A DNA stretch of 64,000 bases from a virus: the IMG/VR virus record IMGVR_UViG_3300032245_001127; one strand, 5' to 3'. Below, in pieces: positions 36,821 through 46,481 of the stretch. The notes under the pieces were generated by a model. It did not search any database and was not told the DNA's origin. It was given only the letters and a program-made list of their open reading frames with translations. Numbering within the stretch: the first letter of the stretch is position 1; every line of letters begins with the position of its first letter. The translations under genes were made by a program, and so were the position numbers.

Positions 36821-37882
36821 TTATTCTTTTGCAGTATTGTCAGTTGAGATCGCTTCAACATGCAAAGATTTTAAAAATGATTTGAGTTTTGGTTTATCAA
36901 TTACTGTTTCGATTGACTCAATATATGTGTCAAGAATGCTTAGAGTATCTTCAATATGTACTTCGTCATTTATATCGCCAGATGAAAGGTCTGCAAAAGT
37001 TTCCAAGATTTTAACATCATATGGATCTGAGTTATAAACCTTTTTGATAAACGTGTCAAATTTATAAAGATCTTTTTTATTCAAAATAAGAATTTTAATA
37101 TATTTGTGCTTACAAACACTAAAATCAAAAGGGTTGTGTTCAAAATAAGATTCATCATACTCAATTTTATAGAACATTGTGTATGGGTTATATATGAATT
37201 CAAGTTCACGAGTATTTGTATCAAAAATGTGGAATCCTCTTCGATCTGCATAATCCATCCATGTTAATTCATATGGATTACCAAGATAATATATATTATC
37301 ACCTTTTGAACGATGATGGTAATGACCTGTAAATACTTTATCAAATTTTTTAAATGTAGAAACTGGCAAACCATTTACACTTTTAGTTCCACCAACATGC
37401 ATTAAGAATCCTTGTATTTCAAAATGACCCATACAAATTTCAGCTGTTGTCGTGTTCATTTCATTAATGCACTGAGTAAAATTATCAGCACACAACCAAG
37501 GAACCATACAAATCTTTAAACCATCTAATGTGATAGTAGTTGGGTCTGGTAAGAATTTTATATTTTTATATTCGTTAAGGAGTAGCGAAATAGAATTAAG
37601 ATCGTTGGTATTACGATAGTAAGTATCGTGATTACCAGCAATCATGTAGGTAGTATAATTTTTTATTTTATCGAAAAAGAATTTACGACTTTGCGCAAGA
37701 GTTGCGTAGTTGATATATTTACGACGATCAAACACATCTCCTAGATGTAAGATAGTATCTATTTTATATTCTTCACATTTAGGAAAAAATATATTATCAA
37801 AAAATCTTTCTTGAGCATCTAAAAAATGAGAAACATCATTACGTGCTCCAAAATGTGTATCAGTTATAATTGCTATCTTCAT
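36821..37882 (-). CDS. gp47: Recombination nuclease, Mre11-like subunit
   Basis: TDTHFG, GDVFDRR, GNHD, GHYH. Confidence 0.95.
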   Translation of the reverse strand: MKIAIITDTHFGARNDVSHFLDAQERFFDNIFFPKCEEYKIDTILHLGDVFDRRKYINYATLAQSRKFFFDKIKNYTTYMIAGNHDTYYRNTNDLNSISLLLNEYKNIKFLPDPTTITLDGLKICMVPWLCADNFTQCINEMNTTTAEICMGHFEIQGFLMHVGGTKSVNGLPVSTFKKFDKVFTGHYHHRSKGDNIYYLGNPYELTWMDYADRRGFHIFDTNTRELEFIYNPYTMFYKIEYDESYFEHNPFDFSVCKHKYIKILILNKKDLYKFDTFIKKVYNSDPYDVKILETFADLSSGDINDEVHIEDTLSILDTYIESIETVIDKPKLKSFLKSLHVEAISTDNTAKE

Positions 37883-38429
37883 TATCTTCAAATCCTATCT
37901 GTTCAATATTTTTTTTCATTTTACGAGCAACCTTACGTTTTTCTAACCAATCATCGAAATTACGATTCTTCTTCATAAATTCTACGAATGCTTCTAGGTT
38001 GTTAGCTTCATTATTCTCATCAAGTACTGCAAATAATTCAGGAGGAAGATTGAGTATTAATTTATTTTTGATGTAGGATTGTTTTTTCTCTCTCATAATT
38101 CTTCTTAAGAATGCAAAGTAAATTATTTGAGTGAAATAAGAAAACGGATTGCTTGATTTTTTAGGATCAAAGTTATGTATATATTGAATACAGTTTTCAA
38201 TACCATCAAGAATCATATCATCACGATATGTGTAATTACTAAAATTCGGTTTAAGTGATAGACGAGTTGCTATCTTAAGAATGCAGTCGCCAACATACTC
38301 GGGAACTTTTGGTTTATCTTCGCCACTATTTTCTGCATCTTCGCATTCAGCTTTCCATACTATAAGTGCAGATAAAAGATCGGCATTATTTACATAATGC
38401 TCTTTAGATTTTGGTTTGGTAGATTTCAT
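37860..38429 (-). CDS. gp55: Late sigma factor
   Basis: HYVNN, NFSNYTYRDDMILDGIENC, NPFSYFTQIIYFAFLRRI. Confidence 0.95.
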   Translation of the reverse strand: MKSTKPKSKEHYVNNADLLSALIVWKAECEDAENSGEDKPKVPEYVGDCILKIATRLSLKPNFSNYTYRDDMILDGIENCIQYIHNFDPKKSSNPFSYFTQIIYFAFLRRIMREKKQSYIKNKLILNLPPELFAVLDENNEANNLEAFVEFMKKNRNFDDWLEKRKVARKMKKNIEQIGFEDNEDSNYN

Positions 38430-38468
38430 AAAAATATTATATAATAATTAATATTGCAACGCAAGCAC

Positions 38469-38497
38469 TTTACTTCCAATTTTAAGACCAGTACAAT
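38469..38497 (+). promoter_or_regulatory. Plus-strand (antisense) copy of the phage promoter motif
   Basis: TTTACT-TCCAA...-TACAAT with a 17-nt spacer. Confidence 0.55.
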
Positions 38498-38521
38498 AAC
38501 CCTGTCAGGTTTGATGATCTA

Positions 38522-39013
38522 TTAATGCAGTTTATCATTTCTTGTCTTTTTTAGTTTATTTAAAACATCTGATAAACGATCTTGCATTTCTTCGTTTATA
38601 CTCTCATCATCCCACTCTTCGTCATCTTCTGCCATCAGAGTAGTTGGTGGATTAGTTTCTACTTCTGTCTTGCGAATCGTTTCATCAAAATAAAGAAGTT
38701 CTCTCTCATGTTGTTCATAAAGAGATATATAAAATGGTATTGCAACTGAATGAAGTTTCTTTGCAAAAAGTAAATGATCCTTCTTAAAGGTGAATACACG
38801 ATTCTCTGCAAAACTGCAAAAAGGACCAGCAGTAACTGATTCAACTATATTACCAGTTCTTAATATTCTCGGATAATTCTTAACTATAAATGGAAATTCT
38901 ACTGTTATTTCTTGAGAAGTTTCAGAAAGTTTGATCGCAAGTAACACTTCGCCTGAAGTAAGTTTGAGAATGGTAAAATTTTCACTGGTCGATAGTGGTC
39001 TTGGTGTCTGCAT
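38522..39013 (-). CDS. Conserved T4-like hypothetical protein (Sm-like fold)
   Basis: ILKLTSGEVL; usual position between uvsW and gp55. Confidence 0.6.
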   Translation of the reverse strand: MQTPRPLSTSENFTILKLTSGEVLLAIKLSETSQEITVEFPFIVKNYPRILRTGNIVESVTAGPFCSFAENRVFTFKKDHLLFAKKLHSVAIPFYISLYEQHERELLYFDETIRKTEVETNPPTTLMAEDDEEWDDESINEEMQDRLSDVLNKLKKTRNDKLH

Positions 39014-40499
39014 TTATTTTTACCTCTATTATTTTAAAATCAAATTTTTCTTCGCTGTATTGTCGAATGCGTTCAAAAAAATGTTTAAGTGTATGATTTT
39101 TCCATTTTTTTACTGAAAGATCATCTGCTATATCATATAGATTGCAAATAGTTTTTCCTTCTTTTAATCTTAACCCTCTACCAATACTTTGCAAATTTCT
39201 TATTTTTGATTTAGATGGGCTTGCAAATATAATGTTTTCGATACTCGGTATATTAATTCCTGTACTGAAAGTTCCATAACTTGCAACAATAATACAGTCA
39301 TTCGTATCATTGGCAAATTCACGTATTGCTTCTCGATCAGATACAATCGTATTTCCAGATACGAAATAAACTTTTTTATTAAATTCTTTCTCTTTTTTAT
39401 TTAGGTACTCATATAATGGTATTCCATGCTTTTGTACGAATTGATAAAGGATAAGTGTATTTCCTTTTGTCTTTAATGCAAGATCGCATATAAACTTATT
39501 CCTTTTCTCAAAAGTAACTAGAAAATCCATCTCATCAGAGAATATATTGTTTTTTCTTCCAAGGCATGTTATTTCATCGTATTTAAGCAATAGACACGTT
39601 ATCGAAAGTTTAGCTAGTTTGTTCGTTTCCATTAATCTCGACGTGCTGGTGACCTTGTATAACGTTCCAAATAGCCCTTCTAGAACGAGTTTATGTACCT
39701 TTCGATTATCAATAGTTCCAGTGGTTCCAATACGATATGGAAGATTTTTACATTTTTCCAATATACTAATTAAAGATCGTGCTTTAAATTGGTGTGCTTC
39801 GTCTCCAAAGAATACTGAGAAACTATTAAAATATGAAGCAGGTAATCGATATATACTTTGCCATGTAGTAATTAAAACATTTTTTTCGAATGTTTTACTA
39901 AATCCACTATACAGTTTTTGACAGTTATTCTGTACATCCCAACCATTGACTCTTGAATAATCAATAAAATCTGTATATAACTGTTCAACTAAATTTGTTG
40001 TTGGAACAACGATAATGCACTTGCGTTTATTTTCTAAATGCCAACGCATAATAGAATAGATAATTAAAGATTTTCCTGATGCTGTTGGTGAGAGTAAAAG
40101 TGTTCTTGTTTCTGAGATTGCGTTATGAATTGCGTTAATTTGATAATCACGTATTTCTAAATCTTTTGTTGCGTTTGATAATAATAGTGATTTGGTGTAT
40201 TCAGATATTTGATTAATAGTGATTGGAATTTTTACACTCGGAATACGATTTTCGATATTATAGCCACGTTCATTCGCGAACATTTCTACATATGATAATA
40301 GCCCAGCATAAAGTGTTTTTCGAAATAAATCGTAAAGTCTTACTTTTCCATCCCATATGCGAGCACGAAATTGTGGTGTAAATCTTGCTCCAGGATATTC
40401 ATAAGTAAAGAAATCTACTAATTCTCTTTCAATAGAATCTTCGCTTAAAACCCGAATATGAGTTTCATCTAATTTTTCGATTATAATATTATGCGCCAC
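38982..40499 (-). CDS. uvsW: SF2 helicase
   Basis: SPTASGKS, DEAH, TGT, QSIGRGLR. Confidence 0.95.
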   Translation of the reverse strand: MAHNIIIEKLDETHIRVLSEDSIERELVDFFTYEYPGARFTPQFRARIWDGKVRLYDLFRKTLYAGLLSYVEMFANERGYNIENRIPSVKIPITINQISEYTKSLLLSNATKDLEIRDYQINAIHNAISETRTLLLSPTASGKSLIIYSIMRWHLENKRKCIIVVPTTNLVEQLYTDFIDYSRVNGWDVQNNCQKLYSGFSKTFEKNVLITTWQSIYRLPASYFNSFSVFFGDEAHQFKARSLISILEKCKNLPYRIGTTGTIDNRKVHKLVLEGLFGTLYKVTSTSRLMETNKLAKLSITCLLLKYDEITCLGRKNNIFSDEMDFLVTFEKRNKFICDLALKTKGNTLILYQFVQKHGIPLYEYLNKKEKEFNKKVYFVSGNTIVSDREAIREFANDTNDCIIVASYGTFSTGINIPSIENIIFASPSKSKIRNLQSIGRGLRLKEGKTICNLYDIADDLSVKKWKNHTLKHFFERIRQYSEEKFDFKIIEVKINADTKTTIDQ

Positions 40500-40926
40500 T
40501 GATAAACTGTTTCCATTGAATTGCGTTACGGATTTGCCAGTCTCTCGCTTTGATTTGATTTAATATTGATTCTAAATATTCAACTATACTTGTAAGATAT
40601 TCAATTTTTAATTTTGCTTTAATTAGATCAGAATCGCCATTTAAAAATTCATCCATTTCATTTCTTAATGGTTTTATACCTTGCCACTGTTCCCAGCCAG
40701 CCAATTCTAATTCTCCTTTGGACATCTCACCTCGATAATAACGAAATTTTTTTGTACGCAGCATCGCATATTCAGAGTTAGCTGAAGTGACACGATGTTT
40801 ATGTGATATTAAATGATGAAGATATTTTGCATGCATTGCAGGTGTTCGAACGCTCTCACGATCTAAATGATCATCGTCAATCTTGCAATCGCTATTCCAT
40901 TCATTTTGTAATTCTTCCAAAGTCAT
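40489..40926 (-). CDS. uvsY: Recombination mediator
   Basis: P.MHAKY, YYRG, R.WQIRNAIQW..F. Confidence 0.9.
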   Translation of the reverse strand: MTLEELQNEWNSDCKIDDDHLDRESVRTPAMHAKYLHHLISHKHRVTSANSEYAMLRTKKFRYYRGEMSKGELELAGWEQWQGIKPLRNEMDEFLNGDSDLIKAKLKIEYLTSIVEYLESILNQIKARDWQIRNAIQWKQFISGA

Positions 40927-40968
40927 AATTTATATTATATAATAAAAACTCTTGCAAAGCAATGAATT

Positions 40969-41307
40969 TTATCTATTTGAACGATCAAATGCAGTATATA
41001 CTATGCAACTTTCACCATCTGGAACAGAAATTACTGAAAGAATGCTCTCTTTTCCATTGATTGTTTTTGTAAAATGTGAAACCAAAAAGATAGAGTTGCC
41101 TTTTGGATTTGCATCTTGTTTTCCAATATATGCGTACTTTTCTTTCCAACCTTGTGATATTATATGGTCATAAAGTTTTGTTGTTGGAGCACATATTGCA
41201 GGAATCACATCAAAATAAAATTCTTCTGGTGCAATCTGTTTCTGTGCATATGAAGCACTATACGAAAATAAACTTAAAATACATAACAAAAGAAGCAATT
41301 TACGCAT
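40969..41307 (-). CDS. Secreted hypothetical protein
   Basis: Signal peptide ending SYA; two Cys in the mature part. Confidence 0.6.
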   Translation of the reverse strand: MRKLLLLLCILSLFSYSASYAQKQIAPEEFYFDVIPAICAPTTKLYDHIISQGWKEKYAYIGKQDANPKGNSIFLVSHFTKTINGKESILSVISVPDGESCIVYTAFDRSNR

Positions 41308-41324
41308 TCTTTTTTCTTTCTTTT

Positions 41325-41885
41325 TTAGTATGATGTCGTAGAATTTGGTGAAGAAATAGTGTAATAAGAATATCTAAAAGTACAAGTTGATTTCACATAT
41401 GTCACGTCACTTACTGACGCATCGAAGTTAATAGCATTAATTGAAGTCGGAAAACAATCTTTAAAAGTTATAATTCGACTCGCTTGATTATTATTATTTA
41501 GTAAAGTAAGAGTTGCATCAGAATAGTTTTTAGCCAACTCAGAAATTAACGAATTATTTACATTTGAATCTACTGGTATATTCCCATATTGACTGTAATT
41601 TTTTGGTTTTCCGAGAGCAACCAACCATTTATATAATATCATATAATTAGTCATATCTTCATCAACAATATATTCAAGATTTAATGATCCGTAAGTAAGA
41701 ATTTCTCCTGGAATATAAATTGGGCTTAAAGGTGTATTTTGAGTTGGTTCTCCTAATGTAATATCAGGAAGATTAATGCTTTGTACGAAATATGATATTC
41801 CTGTAATTTTTGAAAATCCAAATTTAAACCCATTTGGATTTAAAGGATTAATGTTTGTCGGTCGATTAGTTGAAGTATATGTCAT
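41325..41885 (-). CDS. gp3: Tail completion protein
   Basis: NPLNPNGFKF, YIVDEDMTNY; position downstream of gp23. Confidence 0.85.
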   Translation of the reverse strand: MTYTSTNRPTNINPLNPNGFKFGFSKITGISYFVQSINLPDITLGEPTQNTPLSPIYIPGEILTYGSLNLEYIVDEDMTNYMILYKWLVALGKPKNYSQYGNIPVDSNVNNSLISELAKNYSDATLTLLNNNNQASRIITFKDCFPTSINAINFDASVSDVTYVKSTCTFRYSYYTISSPNSTTSY

Positions 41886-41899
41886 AATATTATTTAGGT

Positions 41900-41935
41900 A
41901 AAAAAAAAGGGGAGAACTTTTACATTCCCCCCTTT
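41900..41935 (-). terminator. Rho-independent terminator after gp23
   Basis: GGGGGAA...CTCCCC followed by a T run. Confidence 0.8.
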
Positions 41936-41964
41936 TAAATTGTGTACTATGTACTAATTTAATA

Positions 41965-43227
41965 TTACATTAAATTTGTAACAGCAACTTTTCTGTAGTA
42001 GTAGTTTTCACCAGCTACTAAGTTGCCTGTACCATCTAATTGTACGAAAGGATTTGACACCATTCCATATCTTGTTTTAAATCCAATTTTTGGTTGGAAA
42101 GTAGATGGGTCAACCGCACGCACTAATTGTAATGGGATGTACGGACAATAGAAGATACCAGCATCAAATGCTGAAGAACCTTTATATCCTACCACAAAAT
42201 ATTGTGTTGACACAGTATTTGCAGAATATGGATCTACGAACACTTTGTAACGTCCATTTAGAACACCAGCAAAAGTTGTAGATGCTTCATCCACGTTTAA
42301 ATTAGTTGAAAGAGCAGGAGCGTAATCTAATACACCAGCCATTGCTAATGCACTCGCAACGTCAGAAGATGTAATAATGAAATTACCTTTTCCTCTACGA
42401 GTTTGTTGAGCAACTGCGTTTGCTTCTCTTTCGATTTGGAATAATAAACCTTTGAACTTTTCAACAGACCAACGTCCATTAGAGTCTACGTCTAAGTCAA
42501 AAGTACCAGCAGTTGCAGTTCCAGTTTGAGCACCAGCTTTCGCAGATGAATAAACAGTTCTTACAACTTCTCTATTGATTTCAGCTAAGATCTCAGTAGA
42601 AAGAATATTTGATAATTCTCCCTCTGCATCTAAACCATGCACAGATTTAAGATCTTGTGCTAATTCAACAGTATACTCAGCTTTTAGAGCACGTGACTTA
42701 GCTGTTACTGAAGTTTTTTCGATAGAAAACGCCATTTGATTGAACGTTGAACCATCGCCTAATGTTTCAGCAGCAGTTGTCGACATACCAGTTCCTGTAG
42801 TATAAGAACCAGATGCTGGGTTTGAACCTGCATGTGTACCTGTACCAGAGAAGTCTGTGTCAGCTTCGTTGAACAATGCTTCAGTATTGTTCTGTGCTGT
42901 GTATCTGCTCTTCATAGCAAATATTAAGCCAGTTGGTTGAGTCATTGGTTGCACACCGCAAATGTCGTAAGCGATCATTTGTGGAGCAGCACGACGTACT
43001 AATGAAATTAATACTGGGTCGAATTTAGCAACACCACCAGTATCTGGCAATGCAGCTGCTGCGTTTGCATGCGTTTCAAAAAGTGCTGCTTTTTCTTCAT
43101 TAATAGAACGTTCTTGGTTCTCTAATAGAACAGCAGTTACTTCTTTACGATACGCATCTTTAATTGGAGCCACACCCTCGTGATTAAGGACAGGCGACCA
43201 TTTTTTTAAAAGATCTTTGCGATCCAT
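41965..43227 (-). CDS. gp23: Major capsid protein
   Basis: DPVLISLVRR, GVQPM, SRALKAEY, FYCPY, FQPKIGFKTRYG. Confidence 0.98.
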   Translation of the reverse strand: MDRKDLLKKWSPVLNHEGVAPIKDAYRKEVTAVLLENQERSINEEKAALFETHANAAAALPDTGGVAKFDPVLISLVRRAAPQMIAYDICGVQPMTQPTGLIFAMKSRYTAQNNTEALFNEADTDFSGTGTHAGSNPASGSYTTGTGMSTTAAETLGDGSTFNQMAFSIEKTSVTAKSRALKAEYTVELAQDLKSVHGLDAEGELSNILSTEILAEINREVVRTVYSSAKAGAQTGTATAGTFDLDVDSNGRWSVEKFKGLLFQIEREANAVAQQTRRGKGNFIITSSDVASALAMAGVLDYAPALSTNLNVDEASTTFAGVLNGRYKVFVDPYSANTVSTQYFVVGYKGSSAFDAGIFYCPYIPLQLVRAVDPSTFQPKIGFKTRYGMVSNPFVQLDGTGNLVAGENYYYRKVAVTNLM

Positions 43228-43253
43228 ATTTTTTCTCCTAGTTTATTATAAAT

Positions 43254-44591
43254 TTATAGTCTCTTTGCTCTTCTTAGCATATCTGCATAAGCTGCAATCT
43301 TTTTGTCAGTAATTTTTACTGACTCGTCAATTGCTACTGGAGCATCAGTTACTATATTATCAACAATTGTAGATTGTTGAGTTTGTGATGCATTACTTGC
43401 AATAATGCTAAAGTAATTATCACGGATTGTTTGTACTTTCTTAGCAAAAGAGTCAGAATCTTCAAAAGATAGTTCTTCAACTAAATTTTTAAGTTTTTCT
43501 GCATCAGTAGTAACTAAATCTTTTGTCGCTTTCTCAATAATTGATACTTTGCGCATCTCATTTAGAGACTTGTTTAGTTCTACATTTTTCGCTGTTTCAG
43601 CATTAAGTTTCTCATTCGTAGCATTTAGCGAATCTTGTAAATCGCCAAGTACATCAAATTTTTCATTTGGTACTTCGATATAATGCTCTTCGAATAAGTT
43701 TTTTAATCCGAATACGAAATTTTCTAAGATTTCCGATTTCATACCAGATTCAAGGGCTATCGCATTTTGTTCAATCCACTGCTCAATCACGTAATTGAGA
43801 TATCCATCAACTTTTTCAACAAGTCCCTCTTTGATTGCTTCAACATTTTTAGATGTTTCTGCAGTCAATTCGTTTCTAATTCGTGCAACTTCTGTTTTTA
43901 CACGATTAATAACAACGTTTTCGAATATTACTTTCGCTTTATTCTTAAACTCTTCTGATAAAGTTTCTCCGTTTAAAAGAGCAGCAACATCAGCAGAAAC
44001 GTCTACGTTAAAAGATTCAGCTTTTACTTCAGCAGCTTTTTTCTCTGCTGCAGCTTTTTCTTCTTCTTCACGTTTTTTCTTTTCTTCTTCTGTCTCTTCT
44101 TTCATTTTTACTTCGTCTGCTTCTTTTTCATCTTCGTCTTTTACTTCATCTTTTTTTTCGTTGTCATTCTCTGAACCCATAGATTCTTTTGTAGGTTCCT
44201 TAGAATTTTTTGCTTTTTCTTCTTCTTCTCTTTTTTTCTTTTCTTCTTCTGTTTCTTCTTTAACTGGTGAAGATGATTTTTCAGCTTCAGCTTTCGCTTT
44301 TGCTTCTTCTTCTTCACGTTTTTTCTTTTCTTCTTCAGTTTCTTCTTTTTTCATAATAGATTTTGCAATTTCATGTGCTTTATTGATAGTCGCTTTTTCT
44401 AATGGTGGAGTATCACCTGTAGATTTCATTGCTTGTGACATACCAATTGCATATGGATTTGCAACTACACTTGCTTCTTTTATTTCTGTTTTAGTTTCTG
44501 TTGTAGCAGAATTCTCTAGAGTGGATGCAATTTCTTTTGCTTTTCTTGACTCTGCAAGAAGTTCAGCTATTTTACTTTCAATTGATGACAT
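43254..44591 (-). CDS. gp22: Prohead core scaffold protein
   Basis: LSEEFK.KA..IFE, KVDGYL.Y..EQW, LFEEHYI; E/K-rich N-terminus. Confidence 0.92.
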   Translation of the reverse strand: MSSIESKIAELLAESRKAKEIASTLENSATTETKTEIKEASVVANPYAIGMSQAMKSTGDTPPLEKATINKAHEIAKSIMKKEETEEEKKKREEEEAKAKAEAEKSSSPVKEETEEEKKKREEEEKAKNSKEPTKESMGSENDNEKKDEVKDEDEKEADEVKMKEETEEEKKKREEEEKAAAEKKAAEVKAESFNVDVSADVAALLNGETLSEEFKNKAKVIFENVVINRVKTEVARIRNELTAETSKNVEAIKEGLVEKVDGYLNYVIEQWIEQNAIALESGMKSEILENFVFGLKNLFEEHYIEVPNEKFDVLGDLQDSLNATNEKLNAETAKNVELNKSLNEMRKVSIIEKATKDLVTTDAEKLKNLVEELSFEDSDSFAKKVQTIRDNYFSIIASNASQTQQSTIVDNIVTDAPVAIDESVKITDKKIAAYADMLRRAKRL

Positions 44592-44631
44592 TTTGTTTTT
44601 TCTCCTATTTAAATCCGAATGTTTTCATTGT

Positions 44632-44639
44632 TATTTATA
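44632..44639 (-). promoter_or_regulatory. T4-type late promoter TATAAATA
   Basis: Exact consensus upstream of gp22; also at 62991-62998; CTAAATA/ATAAATA variants at 8470, 11318, 41891, 48682 and 50469. Confidence 0.75.
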
Positions 44640-44640
44640 A

Positions 44641-45300
44641 TTATTTTATCTTTTCCAAAAACTTAGCAAATTGAATTGCTTGTGCTTCTGCGAGTGCTAT
44701 CTTACTTGTTTTCGCAATTTCTTTGCGAACTTGTTCGATATCTTTCTCGATAAACTTACCATCGACGAACATCCACTCTTTACCCTCCATCACACCACGA
44801 ACAAATGCGTCTGGTGCACTTGGATCAGCAACGATATCGCCTGCAGTTGCAAGCATAAAATCGTCTTGAACAAGTTGTGTTCCGTCGTTTCTTTGTCTCA
44901 ATGAACCCATCCCTCTAGATGACACACCGAGATTTGCTCCCTCGTCAATAAGACTTTTTACAATCTTACCATATGGTGTATCCATAATTTTTGCCTTGCC
45001 GACATAATTGTTGCCTTCAAGACGCAATTCTTTAATCATATGCGATACACGATCTAAATTGATCGTTGGTGAATCAGGATGTCCTAACTCTCCATACGCA
45101 CGATTTTTTTCAATATATTCTTTTGTATATCTTTCAACTTCTTTACTCATTACGTCCATTGGATATACACGACCATTACGATTCTTTATTTCTCCTTGTA
45201 GAAAAACTCCTTCAATAAAATAAGATTTTTCTTTTCCTACTTCATTTGGGCTTTCTACCAAGTATTTTACAGATTCATTATATTCTCTTATCAGCTTCAT
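44641..45300 (-). CDS. gp21: Prohead protease
   Basis: NRNGRVYP, GELGHP, GVSSRGMGS, DIVADPS. Confidence 0.96.
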   Translation of the reverse strand: MKLIREYNESVKYLVESPNEVGKEKSYFIEGVFLQGEIKNRNGRVYPMDVMSKEVERYTKEYIEKNRAYGELGHPDSPTINLDRVSHMIKELRLEGNNYVGKAKIMDTPYGKIVKSLIDEGANLGVSSRGMGSLRQRNDGTQLVQDDFMLATAGDIVADPSAPDAFVRGVMEGKEWMFVDGKFIEKDIEQVRKEIAKTSKIALAEAQAIQFAKFLEKIK

Positions 45301-45301
45301 A

Positions 45302-45730
45302 TTAACTTCCTACTGCGTTGGTATCGTCATAGATACTAAATTGAGCAGTTTCTATTTTGCTTGTATATCCACTTGTTTTTCTTAGTGTTAAATATACATA
45401 AATTTCATCATTCATTGTCGCAACAATATCATAAGTGTTATTGATCGAGTCAACAAATCCTTCTCCTTCAAAAGAGAATTTTTGTGGTTGATCTCCTGGA
45501 CCACCAATAATTTTAACACTATTTCTTGTTAATGTAAAATTAGATCCATTTTGTCCAGTCCAATATACATTTACAATATTTACTGCTTGAGTTGCTCCAA
45601 GTTCTTCGCTACTTAATAAACAATCAGTTTGTAAGTCAATTGTCGCAGTTTGAGATGTTCCTGTATTGTTTGTAAGTTTAATTACAGTTTCATTTTTAGT
45701 ATTTTTTAATACTGTTTTTGTAATTGCCAT
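45302..45730 (-). CDS. Putative head-region structural protein
   Basis: Beta-rich ORF within the head operon. Confidence 0.55.
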   Translation of the reverse strand: MAITKTVLKNTKNETVIKLTNNTGTSQTATIDLQTDCLLSSEELGATQAVNIVNVYWTGQNGSNFTLTRNSVKIIGGPGDQPQKFSFEGEGFVDSINNTYDIVATMNDEIYVYLTLRKTSGYTSKIETAQFSIYDDTNAVGS

Positions 45731-46279
45731 TTAAATTATTCCTCTTACGACACTCATAAAATTTGTTTTATTTTTACTCATAAACAATACTGTGTCAGGT
45801 TTATCCTTTAAAACATCAGCAAGCATTTCTTGCGTTTCAGTCGTTAAAGCGATTCTTGTATTATCTTCTAATACATATTCTAATTTATCATATAACGTAC
45901 TATTTTCTTTTTGCTTTAATTCTGTAATCACTGAATCAATAGTATATACTTCAGAGGAAGCTAAATTTTTATAACTTTCTAATAGAGTATCAGTAATTTT
46001 ATTCGTATTATGATATTTCTGTATAATCGTTATTAGTCTTTCGTCTGGTATAATGTTTTTTGTATTAATCGTATCTACAATATTATCAATATATGATCGA
46101 GTATAACTTATTGCTTCCTCTGAAGAACTGAAATTTTCATTCAGTTTTTCGTTATCTATACTCACATTAAATTCGTTATCTATTACAACCCTTTTTCCAT
46201 TATGAATAAAAGAAGTATGTATATTTGCTATTTCTTTTATACTTGTTTTAAAAGAATTATAATCCTTTTTCTGATTCAT
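45731..46279 (-). CDS. Putative prohead core protein
   Basis: Located between portal and protease genes. Confidence 0.45.
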   Translation of the reverse strand: MNQKKDYNSFKTSIKEIANIHTSFIHNGKRVVIDNEFNVSIDNEKLNENFSSSEEAISYTRSYIDNIVDTINTKNIIPDERLITIIQKYHNTNKITDTLLESYKNLASSEVYTIDSVITELKQKENSTLYDKLEYVLEDNTRIALTTETQEMLADVLKDKPDTVLFMSKNKTNFMSVVRGII

Positions 46280-46481
46280 TTTTAATCTCTGGCTCTAGCT
46301 TTTGTTCTGTCTTCTGTTCTGTTTCTGTTTCTGTTCTAAACATTGTAGCAGCAAGTTCTTGTCTCATACTATCTAATTTACTCGACACTTTATCTGCCAT
46401 CACAGAAGTAAATGCAGAATTTATATTTTCGCTTTTACCACTTTCAATTGAATCAATCAACTCTCTAATTTTGTTTGTCAT
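46257..46481 (-). CDS. gp67-like prohead core protein
   Basis: Small acidic ORF after the portal; LIDSIESG..AF..M..K. Confidence 0.55.
   Translation of the reverse strand: MTNKIRELIDSIESGKSENINSAFTSVMADKVSSKLDSMRQELAATMFRTETETEQKTEQKLEPEIKNESEKGL

Noticed and set aside
43795-44640. Plus-strand 281-aa S/F-rich ORF
   Set aside because: Mirror of E/K-rich gp22; no SD or recognisable domain
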